Of a stretch of 64,000 nucleotides of DNA, positions 1-11,700 are shown one piece after another (the first letter of the stretch is position 1; each line of letters opens with the position of its first letter). Position numbers and translations under genes: made by a program. Origin of the DNA: Chiloscyllium plagiosum. Its lineage: Eukaryota. Under the pieces are notes generated by a model. The model was not told where the DNA came from and searched no databases. It worked only from the letters and a program-made list of their open reading frames with translations. Location: contig NC_057719.1 in assembly GCF_004010195.1 (NCBI RefSeq), forward strand, positions 93,139,946-93,203,945, written 5' to 3'.

Positions 1-360
1 TTCTGACTGGCTATCTATTCCTCTGATCATCTTATAAACCTCTATCAAGTCACCCCTCATCCTTTGCCGTTCCAATGAGAGAAGGTAAATCTTCTCTGCA
101 CCCTCTCCAAAGCTTCCACAGCATTCCTAAAGTGAGGCGACCAGAACTGCACACAGTACTCCAAATGTGGCCTAACCAAGGTCCTGTACAACTGCAACAT
201 CACTTCACGACTCTTGAATTCAATCCCTCTGCTAATGAACGCTAATATACCATAGACCTGCTTACAAGCTCTATCCACCCGAGTGGCAACTTTCAAAGAT
301 CTATGCACATAGACCCCAAGATCCCTCTGCTCCTCCACATTACTAAGAACCCTACCATAT
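1..360 (-). mobile_element. CR1 LINE ORF2 fragment (post-RT region), young subfamily, internally deleted
   Basis: ORF 57..338 reads QRDLGVYVHRSLK...LYRTLVRPHLEYCVQFWSPH...LERVQRRFT, typical CR1 ORF2. Closely similar to the opposite-strand copy at 31247-31628. Confidence 0.9.
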
Positions 361-364
361 TCCC

Positions 365-2080
365 ACCGATGTATGGATGATAGAGTTAGTTAAATTGACA
401 AGAACCTCAGTCAGTGAGAAAGAACGTACCCACATATTAAACATAGTATTTGGTCAGGTCAAGCAGGCCGGACTTAAAATTAACCCACAGAGAGTGCAAC
501 TGGGAAGCTAGAGAGAAACATTACACGGACATCAATTGGGAAGATCGAGTCAGGAAGGGAGAGGGGACAGTCCTAGCAGATTGAAAGACCATCATTTTCA
601 AACTATTCAACCGCACACCGTGAAGGGACAAACTTCAGGATTGTTTAATTTCAGTAAGAATTTAATGGATAATTATCCAGGAATGGCAGGACTATTAAAA
701 ACCCTGACAGAAGGACTGTCATTAGCCAGTGATCAGTGAGCAAAAATATGCACAAACAGTCGGTAAGACTTTGGATTACTTCATGACCATATATTGGACT
801 GGGCCTTGTGAGGGTACATCACATTGTCTGCAGGCCACAGAGGACATGAAGAACAGTTTAGAGAATTCGTGGAAACAGCTAACCTTCCCAGTGAAGCAGG
901 AATGATGAAGACAAAAGCTCACATGAAGGTAGAAATCCCACACCAACGGGGCAGTCAATACGTTGTAAGGCAGTTAAAATACTTCCTGAAACAAAGCAGA
1001 CATTTGAGGAAGTGGCAGCGACAGTAGCCATAGAAGCGAGAAAGGAAAATTTGAAGACATTATCAGAAATAACCACACAACAGCAGAAAACGAAATGGGA
1101 AAAGGATGGAGCAATAATAGGACAAGACAGAGTCTGGATGAAACAACCGTGTCAGTATACGGTGTAAGGCAAACATTATTGAAAAAGTATCATGGTCTGG
1201 CCCGTATTGGGCAGGGTAAAATGCAATATCAGATGAGCCACAACATGAATGGCCGGAAAAGGGAGAGATACAGCATGTTTTTGTCAATGGTGTGTAGTCT
1301 GCGCATTGTCCAAACCAGGGATAACAATCAGGAAAAAATAGAGCCAGGAGCAGAGTCCAGGGTCCCATGGGAACAATTACGGATGGATTTTATGCTACCA
1401 ACCCCAAACACAATCACAGGGAAATAAATGTTACCGTGTCTTAAGCAAGTTTCTCACTGGGTGGAAGCAATCCCCTGTAGTTTCAGACCAAGGGACATAT
1501 GTTACAGAGAACGTAGTTAAACCAAAATCACATCTCCCAGAAATCAGGTACAGTAGAAGCAATGAAACGGACACTGAAAGTTAATCTGAGTAAGGCCCTG
1601 ACAGAGACAGGACAGGGATGAGTTACAATACTCCTTACCATCCTAATGAAAATGAGGTCAACGCCAGCAAAGGGAACGGAAATGTTCCCCTTTGAATTAG
1701 TGACCGGATAGATAATGCATCTGCCAGAGGGTGTGGTAGTCGGAGGATCGGAGATGTTCAATTGCAAGGATAGGGTATAACAATTTGTGAAAGGACTTGC
1801 AAAGCAGCTGCATGAGTTGAGGAGGAAAGTTGAGCACGGACAGAAAATTAGAGACAGTGAAAGGGAGCACAGCAACGTTTGATCTGACATCCCGAACTCA
1901 GGAGATCAGGTCAGTGGGAAAACATTACTAAGACTTGTGGGATTGTGACCATGATGAGCTGGACCCTAGCAGATAATTAGTATCGGGTAACACATGTGCT
2001 CTCATGAATCTTAAAGTGGTGGAGGGGAAGTGGGCGGAAAAGAGGAAGAACTGGTCCCAGCTGAAGTTATATGAAGTCTA
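365..2080 (+). mobile_element. Decayed retrovirus-like/LTR element pol remnant (RT C-half, RNase H region, integrase)
   Basis: Frameshifted motifs in order: CMDD (YxDD-like, ~370), AGLKINPQRVQLG, PHTVKG..GLFNFSKN (RT thumb), PWEQLRMDF, SHWVEAIP, SGTVEAMKRTLK, MRSTP..PFELVTG (integrase), terminal WSQLKLY. Confidence 0.75.
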
Positions 2081-2838
2081 AACATGGTCATTAACCTTTC
2101 AAGTAAGATGTGTTGGATCCTTGCTCTTTACAGGCTGGTGGCTACTACCGTCATCCACACTGGGAATTAACAAGTGACTCAGAAAGCAACAGAATCAGAT
2201 GACGGGAGGTCTGATTGCTTGTATGACATTGTAAAAGGAAAATTACATTGTGAATGGCGAGTAGGCCATGACCGTGGGAGCGGTAGCGATGAAAATGTGT
2301 TATCACAGTATGGAATGGGAGGGGGTGATTCTGGACAGCGCTGCCCTGTCCTGCCATACGGTGAATTGATATAAGAAAGAAAGCTAAATGATTAATATGG
2401 ATCCCAAAGAGTATTATTTGTCATTAAGCCAAAATTAGGGTTTTAGGGCAAAGTATACAACAGGGTGCTGATCAGTTGGAAAGTGGTATAGAGAAGTTTC
2501 AGATAGAGGTTAATTCAGAAAAGAGCGAGGTGATGAATTTTGCGAAGCCAATTAGAAGAGGAACGTATTCAGTAAATGGAAAGATCTGTAGTAGCATTAA
2601 TACACATGGGACTTTCAAGTGTATGTTCATAGCTCCCTGAAAGTGGCAACACACATTCATAACTTGGTAAAGGAGTTGGAAGGCATGCTTGCCTTCTTAT
2701 GTCAGGGAACTGAATACAAAATTGTAATTACATCACCTTTGGATTATTATGCGCAGTTTTAATTGCCACATTATAAGAAGCTTATGGAGGCTTTGCAGAG
2801 GGTGAATGCAGTTTACGAGTATGTGTCCTGGATTAGAT

Positions 2839-3169
2839 TTTTTTTAGATTAGATTACTTACAGTGTGGAAACAGGCCCTTCGGCCCAACAAGTCCACACC
2901 GACCCGCCGAAGCGCACCCACCCAGACCCATTCCCCTACATTCACCCCTGCACCTAACACTACAAGCAATTTAGCGTGGCCAATTCACCTAACCTGCACA
3001 TTTTTAGAGTGTGGGAGGAAACTGGTGCACCCAGAGGAAACCCACGCAGACACGGGGAGAATGTGCAAACTCCTCACAGTCGGTCGCCTGAGGCGGGAAT
3101 TGAACCCGGGTCTCTGGCGCTGTGAGGCAGCAGTGCTAACCACTGTGCAACTGTGCCACCGTGCCGCCC
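2839..3169 (-). mobile_element. Full-length tRNA-derived V-SINE (HE1-like)
   Basis: Reverse complement begins gggcggcacggtggcacag with box A (tggttagc) and box B (ggttcaattcc). V-domain core ttctccccgtgtctgcgtgggtttcctc, CR1-like tail gggccgaagggcctgtttcc and taatct repeats. Flanked by attaga. Confidence 0.9.
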
Positions 3170-3351
3170 ATTAGAATGCATGAGGAGAGATTGCACAATC
3201 TTGGGTTGTTGTCACTGGAATTTCAGTGGCCGTGGGCTGACCAAAGAGCATGAAAAGAGTGGACAGTCAGTTTTTTTTTACAAGTGTGGAAATGATGAGC
3301 CAAGGATCCATAGGTTTAATGTAAGAGGGAAAAAGTTTAAAGGAAATGAAC

Positions 3352-3520
3352 ACTGAAGGAACTGTAGATGGTGTAAATCATAAACAGAAACAGAAGGCTA
3401 TGGAAAAGCTCAACTGTCCCTCGGAAGGGTTCTGATGAAGAGTCACCGGGTCTGAAACTTTAACTCTGATTTATCTAAACAGATTCTGTCAGACCAGCTG
3501 TGTTTTTGTTCAACGTCTGT
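3352..3520. mobile_element. Penelope-like pLTR remnant (inverted pair) with decayed hammerhead-like core
   Basis: ctgatgaagagtcaccgggtctgaaac at 3432; left part resembles the reverse complement of the pLTR tail. Confidence 0.55.
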
Positions 3521-5369
3521 GAAAGATTAAAGCAGTTATGGAAGTTAGGTTTCTGCTGCAGAAGGTTGTAGATTGCTAGAATATACTCTCCTGGGAGGTT
3601 GGAGAAACAAAAACGATCATAATAATATTTAAGAGGCATTTCGACAGACCCATAAACAAGTAGGGAAATGGATCATGTGCAGGCAGATGACATTGGTTGA
3701 GAATTGCTCCATGGTCAGCGTAGACTTAGTTGCTGAAGGGCTTATTTCTTCGGTATGGCAGAATGTGTGCAGTGGCTATTAATGTCTCTTCTTTAGAATA
3801 CACAGTGAGCATTGGCATTTTGAGAGAAGTAGCGTACAAAAAGAATATATATTTAAATTTTACAGATGTAAAGAGCAGTGACTGCAGGAACAGGTGGATA
3901 ATGTATACAAATCTTTAAAGGAGAGAGGACATAATGTACATTTACCGAAACAAATGTGATTTTGGGATTCATTAATAGAGGGAATGAGAACACACTCATG
4001 GCAAAGATGCTGACCTTTGATGAAGCTCTACTTAGGTCAGAGTGAATCATTGTATCCAGAAGGGGTCACTACAGTGCTACATAGGAAGGGGATAAGGGCC
4101 ATTAAGAATGTGGAGTACAGATTTACTGGAGTGGTTCATTGACGTAGAAAATGTAGACTCTGGGTTGATTTGGAGAAAATGCTATTTTCTTTGAAGAGTT
4201 AAAAAGCTGAACGTGTTTACATAGAGCTGTACAAGTTACAGCAGATCTAAATACAGCAGACAATATATATATAAAAAAACAAAAACTGGAGTCAATCGAC
4301 GATGGCATAAAGATTAAAATCAGATGGAAGTTTTTGAGAAAGAGGGAGTTGAGCTAGTGTTTTTGCTCTCTGTATTGCCTGGATATATGCAAAACATGCT
4401 GTATGTGAGAGTGATACAAGTAGGATTGATCAATAATTGACGATTGCAATTATATCACAGGTGAGGAACAGATCGTGAATCAGAATATGGGATGGTACTT
4501 CGGAGAGTCAGCATGGATTTGATAGGCAAAGTGGCCTCTTTCTATGATAGAAAGCAACAGTTTTGTAATTGTTTTCCTTCTTCTGGTCGCTTGTCTCCAG
4601 GGGTTAAATTATAATTTTAAGTAAATGTTCTCCGTGTTCCAACTCAGACCAATACAAGCTGTCCTTCCAAACCAGGGGGTTCAATTGACTTTTTAAATAA
4701 ATATTGGACCACCTCAGGTAGGTTACACAACATTGAGCACATACCGCAGGTCTAACCAGGATTGTGAATATCTCATAACTTTTACAGCCACACCAATGCT
4801 GGAAATCCTTTCCAAATGATTGAGGAAAAAAATATTGTACTTTCACAGTCACCAGAGCGATGATTACATGCCCTGTTGCAATGAGTGACTGCAAAATGTT
4901 TGTTTTGGAATCTGCAAATATTTCCCAATTCATATGCTCTAAAAGGTAATTAGAGAAATAGAAGTGCCTCATTCATCGAAATGACAAACATTTCTCTTGA
5001 TACTCTTTGCTGCAACAAAGGAAGGCAGCGCATGCACCCTGCCACACCTGACCCCCATCAAACACTTTTGCTTAGATCCTGACATGTAACAGTGATCCTC
5101 AGACCCTGATCGAAAACAATGCCCATGTTCCCGTAAACCCCCGGTGCATTGCCACTAATAAAGTTGGCGGTGTAACCTCGGACACGTGTCACCTGAACCC
5201 GCTGCCCTTTTTCCAGTTTGGTGCAAGAGCAGAACCTGGATGTTCAAATTCGATCAATATGTGCGCACAAATGTTTTATAAAACGTCCCAGTGCTCACTG
5301 ACTTCGGTTTTATCCCAATATAAGTGTCTGTCCCCCTTTACCAGCTCTGTCTGGCACTACACTCGATCA

Positions 5370-5612
5370 GGCATGTCCATCATGACATCATTTCGCCTGC
5401 GTAAATCCCCAGCACGAAGCATATGTACGTGCTGCAACATAGGCATGCCTCTCTGCGATTTTCATTGGTTGGAAGGCCAGCCGTCCTTCGGTCCTCCAGC
5501 CCTGCTGCATCTCTCCAATTAGCCCAACCCGCCATTAATCAGCTGGTCCCCAATGCCAGGTGGAGCATGTGCAGTATTTCCTGTGTCTCTGAGTTACAGG
5601 AGTTCAGGTGAG
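5370..5612. promoter_or_regulatory. Possible decayed promoter-like segment
   Basis: CCAAT elements (cattggtt ~5463, tccaatt ~5515), degenerate GCGCATGCGC-like motifs (gagcatgtgc, aggcatgcc) and a donor-like cag|gtgaga at 5607. Confidence 0.25.
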
Positions 5613-6699
5613 ATTTCAGCCAGAGGGTGGGCGTTGGGGAAAGGAATGTGTTACACTCGCTCTCCTCTTTGGTTCACAGATACCTCCTAAAGCAGGAACA
5701 CAAGCTCCACTACAACTGACTTTACAGTCATTGCTACAAACGGGCTGGTACCATTACGTTCCCAATCTGAAAATTACTGTGGACGTTATGGTCAGAAGAC
5801 GTAAATTCTTTGCGTGATAACAACAAAACTTATCTTTACACAGAACCTTTCAGATATTCATCGCCGTAAAGTGATTCGTGGGTGAATGAAATATTGATCT
5901 TTCATATCGTAAAGAAGGTTAGAGGCGTTTACAAATGGGATTCCAGAGCTTGTGTTCTCAGCAGCTGAAAATACAGCATCAATTTTGTCAATTGTGCCTG
6001 AGAGAAGGTTAAAAACGTGCATGTAGGAAAGGTATTTGGAGAACTGCAGAGAGCTCCTTGAGTCTTACAACTGGAAACTGTTCTCGAGACTGTCTGTATC
6101 AGACAGTACCATGGCCGTACAGAAGAGATCAGCTGCCTTACACTAGATAGCAGATACTGTCTCCATAGCCAGACAAAATGTCACTGATCTCTACCAAACT
6201 GGTCTGCAGCAGAGTGGTAGCAATGATGTGACACTGCTCCTGGGGAGGAGTGATATGGAAAACAGGGAACTCAAGTTCCGCACCAATAAGCCAAATGAAT
6301 ACAAAAATATTATTCTCATCTTCCACCACACCATACTGATCCGTGGTAGCAGTGTCTGTCCCTCTGAAGGTAGACGTGGGACAGTCTTTGCAGGAATCCT
6401 CAGGGGTTCTGACTCTCTGAGTTGATACCAAAACCATCCGCACAGTACGAGCAGGGATTTGAGGATCCTATCTGTACTTGTGCTGAAACCTATAGGATGA
6501 CCTCGGTAGAAGCAATGGGAAGGATCTCGATTACAAATTGGAACCGGCCAAGTGAGTGCACTGATGAGGTTGACAGAGTATTCAATTTTGTCTTTAAAAG
6601 AGACACAATACGTAAAGATTGCAGCCAATAAGAGCCCTTGGCCATTCTAATGTCTCGAGAGACAAATGGCCTTTACATTGTTTTAACAGCAATAACATT

Positions 6700-7050
6700 T
6701 TTATTTGTTCACTCTTGTCACATCAGTCACGCTGGCTGTTCAGCATTTAATACTCATCCCTAGTTGCCCATAAGAAGTGAGTGGTGAGCTGCCTTCTTAA
6801 AACGCTGCAGTTCATGTGCTGCAGGTTCACGCACAATGTTCTTCGATAAGGATTTCCAGTGTAATAACCCAGCAACAGGGAAGGAACTGTGATATGTTTC
6901 CAAGTCACTGTGGTGAGTGGCTTGAAGGGGAACTTGCATGGGGTAGTGTTCCCATACAGCTCTTACTCTTGTTCTTCTTGATGGAGGTGATAGTGCGTTT
7001 GGAAGGGGCTGTCTGAGTATCTTTAGTCAAATTCTTCAATGTATCTTCGT
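6700..7050 (-). mobile_element. 3' end of a second CR1-group LINE family (related pieces at ~8850-9230 and ~14000-14320)
   Basis: Shared motif catccctagttgccc...gtggtgagctgccttctt...atatttccaagtc...ttggaggggaac recurs in three places. Confidence 0.6.
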
Positions 7051-7647
7051 GGTTTTTTTTAATTATTAAAAGATAACGTTCAATGTGATTAGAATCTGAC
7101 ATTGAAATATGTTATGAAAAAAGACAATTCTGGAAATGTGAAACGGTAAAGATGCCAAGTTATGGAGATCCGCACTCTGTTTTGATTTTTAGAATGCTCC
7201 CCGTAGCTGAAACCTAAACATTTGGATTTGAGGCGTAATTGTCAATGCCCACTGGGACTTTGGCGAAAACAACACAATGATGCATTTGCAAAATGTGGTT
7301 AAGTGAAATGAGCGTTGTTCAGATGAAATGTGACTGGCCACAGTATACATGGCCACGCCGCATCCCAAACATCACCAAGCATCAGATAATGCTGAATGTC
7401 AGTCCAGACTGCGAGTGATTAGGTGCATGGGCCATGAGTGAAGTCTGTGTGAAATGATTGTTCAAAACAATTGCCGTGCACAGTGTGCGGATATTCTGTT
7501 AGTGATGTGAAGTTTTGATTCTAAAAGTGTTCCTCCAAAACAGTGACCATTAATTTATCACCATCCCATGACGAGGGAACTTTTATGGAAATCACCAGTT
7601 TAGATTTCTCATTTCAATGAGTCGAGCTTTGACTGAGTTCATCATTT

Positions 7648-8750
7648 GTAGGTGCCAGTGTTGGACTTGGGCGGGGGTGAGGGGTACAAACTTAAAAATT
7701 ACACATCTCCAGGTTATGTTAAAACAGGCTTGTCTGAAATGACTATCACTTCATCCAGTGGTTATGGGGCATATATCGTGTGACATGCAAGGTGCCCTGA
7801 GACATGGTATATTGTTGCGACCGAGCAGAAGCTATGGCAAACTGATAAGTGGAGACCACACAACAATCAACAGACAGAAGTGTTCTCTCCCAGTCGGAGA
7901 GCACGTCAGGAGTCTGGGATATTTGACGTCAGACCTTCAGATGAACATCCTCCAAGCCGTACTTCGGGACAGGCAGCAACACAAAGTGGCTAAGCAGAGG
8001 CTGACAGCCAAATTTGGTACCCATATGGATGGTTTCAACCGGGACCTTGGGTTCATGTCACACTACAGGTGAACCCATTGCACTACACACACGCACGCAC
8101 ACGCCTACCGACTCATATATTCACACAGACCCTCTCTAATATGCTCACATATACATTCCCACACTCAAACGCACACACACCCTCTGAGTGACTTATACCC
8201 CTTCACACTCACACTCACACACATGCATACACTCACTTACAAACCTCCACGCACACACACATCAACATGCAATAGACATTTTAGTGTATGGTGTGAATTT
8301 GTACGTGCCGAGTTACATTTTATTTTGCTAAAAAACTGCATGAATCCGTGTAAGATTCTCTAAATCAATTTTTTAGACAAGAATCATTCAGACATTGGGG
8401 CACAGATAGCATCACAAAGGCACCTCTCAACTTCAATGCATTATCTGGGCCAACGTGGTACCAATTGTTAAAGCTTACTTGATGGTCTAACTTTAACGAA
8501 GATCTGGCGTTTACCTATGAAAGAACTGAAACCAACACGCCCATTCTCACTGATGAGAGTCTTAACAAACAATCCAAGCTTTTTCAATATATAATTTCAT
8601 TTATATCGCGCTGTAAACATTTGTTATAAATTCAGTGTCCTACGAACTTACACTCCACAGGCACATGATGAAGGAGGGATGCTCCGAGAGCTAGTGCTTC
8701 CTAATAAACCTGTTGCACTATAACCTGGAGTTGTATGTTTTTTAACTTTG
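7648..8750 (+). mobile_element. Penelope-like retroelement: inverted pLTR, GIY-YIG C-terminus and pLTR
   Basis: ORF 7758..8072 HTTINRQ..LPVGEH..DLQMNILQ..QRLTAKFGTH.DGFNRDLGFMSHY, with an upstream CPETWYI (YIG) remnant. 7650-7740 is the reverse complement of the 8700-8750 tail. Flanking repeat ctttgac(c)tgagttca. Confidence 0.85.
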
Positions 8751-9444
8751 ACCTGAGTTCAGTTTGCGATGAAATTTTAAAACAGGCAGTCCCAATTTCA
8801 TAAGGAATTTAAGCTTTCGAAAGAGCACAAATTTTGTTTTAAATATTTACTCTTCATATGCTTTGTTATCTCGTCGAACATTTATTGCCATCCCTAAATT
8901 CTCTGGTCAAGGTGACAGTGAGGTGCCTTCTTGAACTGCTTTGTCCTTGGGTTATAGACAAACCTACATTGATGCGAAACACGAACAGGATATTTGCCCA
9001 GTACCACTGATGGAATGGTTATAGTTCCAAGTCAGAATAGTATGCAACTTGGAAGGAAACCCAGAGGATCATGTTCCTCTGGTCCTTGTGCCTCTAGGTG
9101 GTAGAGATTATGATTTTGTGAAATACTTTTGAAAAATGCTGGGGCAATTGCTGCAATGCATTTTGTTCGTACAAACTGCCACTGTCTAACAATGGTGAAG
9201 GTTGTGAATGTTGAAGGTGGCGGATGGAGTTAGAAATCACAGAATCGCTACAGTGCACAAGGAAACTATTTGACCATTGTGTCTGCACTGGCTCTCAGAA
9301 TGAAAATCTCATATAGTGTCATTCTCCTCTAACCCTGTACATTGTTTCTTTACAGCGAACGCTCTAATTCCCTGCATGCACGTCTTGATTAAAGTTATCA
9401 GATTCCAGAGTATGCTTGTGGTATAGGTCAAGTTTTAAGGAAAA

Positions 9445-9620
9445 AGGTCTGCAGTAACAAGGCACCAGGTTAGAGTCTAACAGTTTTATTAGAAATCACA
9501 CGATTTCTAAGTAACAGCGCTAAAAAAAGCTTGTAATCTCAAATAAACATGTTGATTATAACCTGTTGTCGTTTGACTTCTGACTTTCGCTACTCCAGTC
9601 ATAAACTGATATATGCATAT
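9445..9620. mobile_element. Short inverted pair of Penelope pLTR ends
   Basis: caccaggttagagtctaacagttttatt...aataaacatgttgattataacctg are mutually inverted and match the 8700-8750 tail. Confidence 0.55.
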
Positions 9621-9663
9621 CAGGCTTTGAGGAGTTAGTGAAGATTTTCGAGCCTCAACCTCT

Positions 9664-10471
9664 TGTAATGACAGAGCTTATATTTTTGTGAAGTTGAAAG
9701 CGTGCACTCTACGTTGGAAAGAGAGTAAATGCTGTTTTTAACTGAGAGTTTCGAAGCACCTGTATGTTTGAGTAGTTGGCAGTCCCAACTGCTTAAAAAT
9801 GGAAAATATGTTAACATTTGGTTGTGAATTGTATATGCTGAGTTTTGGTTGCTGTTTTGAGTGCAATTCGAATTTAACCAATCGACTTGAATTATGCCCC
9901 AGCGTACTAAAGCATAATTGAGTTTGAATTAATTATTTTCCCAACATTGAACCAACGAGATGATCCAAGTTGGAGACATAAAAATGCAGACATATTGACA
10001 ATTGGAGAAAGAGCAACTGCTATCGAGACTTGTAGGCCAGGCGATCTAATATCTTGCTGTCCAAAATAAAAACAATCTGTATCAAAGATACCTTTTCATT
10101 TCAACACACTCGGAACTAATATGAAAGCAGACAACCCAGGGAATTCAGCAGTCGGAAGAGTGTAGTCACAGAGGACGACAGTGACTGTGTGGTTTTGAAA
10201 TTAAGTTAAAGTAATTTTAATAGGTGTCATATTGAAAATGCATATTGTTACGGAGTTGGAGGCATTGACGGAGTAGTTAAGGGGCTTAGAGCTATGAATA
10301 GCTGTTTAATGTTCACTTTTAGAGTAAAAATAAAAAAATAAAACGTGTTATTTTCTTTAAATAGTGAAATTTGGGAGTTCTCTGCAACTCATTTAATAGA
10401 TTACGAGGCGAAGTGTGCTTTTCTGCGTGTTTGCTTCAATTAACGGGGTGGGGCACTGGCATGTCATAACA
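9664..10471 (+). mobile_element. Candidate solo LTR
   Basis: About 0.8 kb bounded by tgtaatgaca...tgtcataaca (TG..CA inverted termini) with AATAAA signals at ~10329-10343. No clear TSD. Confidence 0.4.
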
Positions 10472-10609
10472 GTAGGACTGGTCAAGTTCAGGTTCTGTCC
10501 AATTAAAACAACAAATGGCTTAAATTGAGGATTTAATAATGAAAATGATCTGAAATTCAATGCGAGATTATCAGATTATGACAAATTTTAGATGACCATT
10601 TCCTGACAG

Positions 10610-10940
10610 TTATCTGTAATTAGTCCAAGATTGAATCTTGTTAAGATCGTGCTTCACATGGATATAAATCATTTCAGTGACTGGGGAGTAGTGAATTCTG
10701 CTCAGAATTGAACAATTATCAGTGAATATCCCCACCACTGACATCCTGATGTTGACAAGTTCATTGATGAAGTAGTTCAAGATGTTTGGGCCCAAGACAA
10801 CACTCTGAGGAATTCCTGCAATGACGTTGCACGGCTGAAATGACTGTTCTCCAGTAACTACAGTTATCATCGTTTGTGTTAAGGATGGGACCAATTTTTC
10901 ACTCTGATTCCAATTTTGCTCCTTGATGCCACACTCCATC
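10610..10940 (-). mobile_element. CR1-group RT fragment
   Basis: AGIPQSVVLGP..F.YFINEL...GIFTDNC matches degenerate GVPQGSVLGP and FADD RT motifs. Confidence 0.75.
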
Positions 10941-10980
10941 CAATGCTGTCTTGGTACCATGCACAGTAAGTTCCCAACTA

Positions 10981-11325
10981 TCTCCCAGTGTGTTGACGTT
11001 GCTGTGCAGTGAGTTGTGATGAGAACGCAGGCCGACAATAGGCGTACTTGAATGGTTCTCCTCAGCGTGAATATACTGGTCTGGAAGCAGATTGATTAAC
11101 AATACACATCCTTTCCTGCAGTCAGACCAGGTGAAGTCTCCCTCTTCTGTGACCACGTCAGTGAATACCCAGCTCAGATCGGAAGCAGAATCTATTCCCA
11201 CATTCCTCAAGTTTCCAGGATTTTCCAGCTTTGTTGGTGTGTTTTTGTTTTGATAACTCTGATGATCCATTGAATCCTTGTCTACATGTAAAATATGTGA
11301 CTGGCTTGTCTCCAATGGGAACATT
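10981..11325 (-). pseudogene. C2H2 (Kruppel-type) zinc-finger gene pseudogene fragment, about 4 fingers
   Basis: Across frameshifts: GDKPVTYFTCRQGFNGSSELSKQKH / WKLEECGNRFCFRSELGIH*RGH / FTWSDCRKGCVLLINLLPDQYIHAEE / PFKYAYCRPAFSSQLTAQQRQHTG, i.e. decayed C-x2-C..F..L..H..HTGEKP units. Confidence 0.75.
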
Positions 11326-11429
11326 GAATTTTCCTTGTAATATTCAAAATTCAGGTTGTTGTAATGTGGATGACTGTCAGATTCTGATCGGCTATTTCAT
11401 TTGAGTTTCCCAAAAGCAAATTAAATAAT

Positions 11430-11700
11430 AGAATCCCTATAGTACAGTAGATCACTCGGCCTGTAAAGATTGCACCAGCCCATTGAACAGCATCTCAACC
11501 AGACTCACAGTCCCCGAGGCCCTTCCCATAACCCTGCATCTCCCTCTGGCTAATCCACCCAGGCAGCACATCTTTGCCCTATGGGAGAAAACCCAAGCAG
11601 ACACGGCGGAGTGTGCAAACTCCACAGAAGCAGTGGCGGGTGGTATCAAACCGGGCTCCCTGGCGTTATTAGTTAGCAGTGAAAACTGCTGAGGCACTCT
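11430..11700 (-). mobile_element. Degenerate V-SINE
   Basis: aaacccaagcagacacggcggagtgtgcaaactccaca V-domain and tRNA-like head. Confidence 0.7.

Larger units (their letters stand above)
2400..3760 (+). mobile_element. Decayed CR1 ORF2 3' part and tail, interrupted by a SINE and a Penelope remnant
   Basis: CR1-type sequence (ctgaaagtggcaacac..., aggggaaaaagtttaaagg..., 3' tail gctgaagggc) resumes after each insertion. Confidence 0.7.

Noticed and set aside
2863..3174. V-SINE ORFs (also 18466-18648, 50824-51189) and SINE heads as tRNA genes
   Set aside because: Chance translations of SINE sequence; the heads are tRNA-derived promoters, not complete cloverleaves.
4601..4972. 122-aa minus ORF and a plus-strand segment bounded by ag/gt
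   Set aside because: No recognisable motif, and all plus frames contain several stops.
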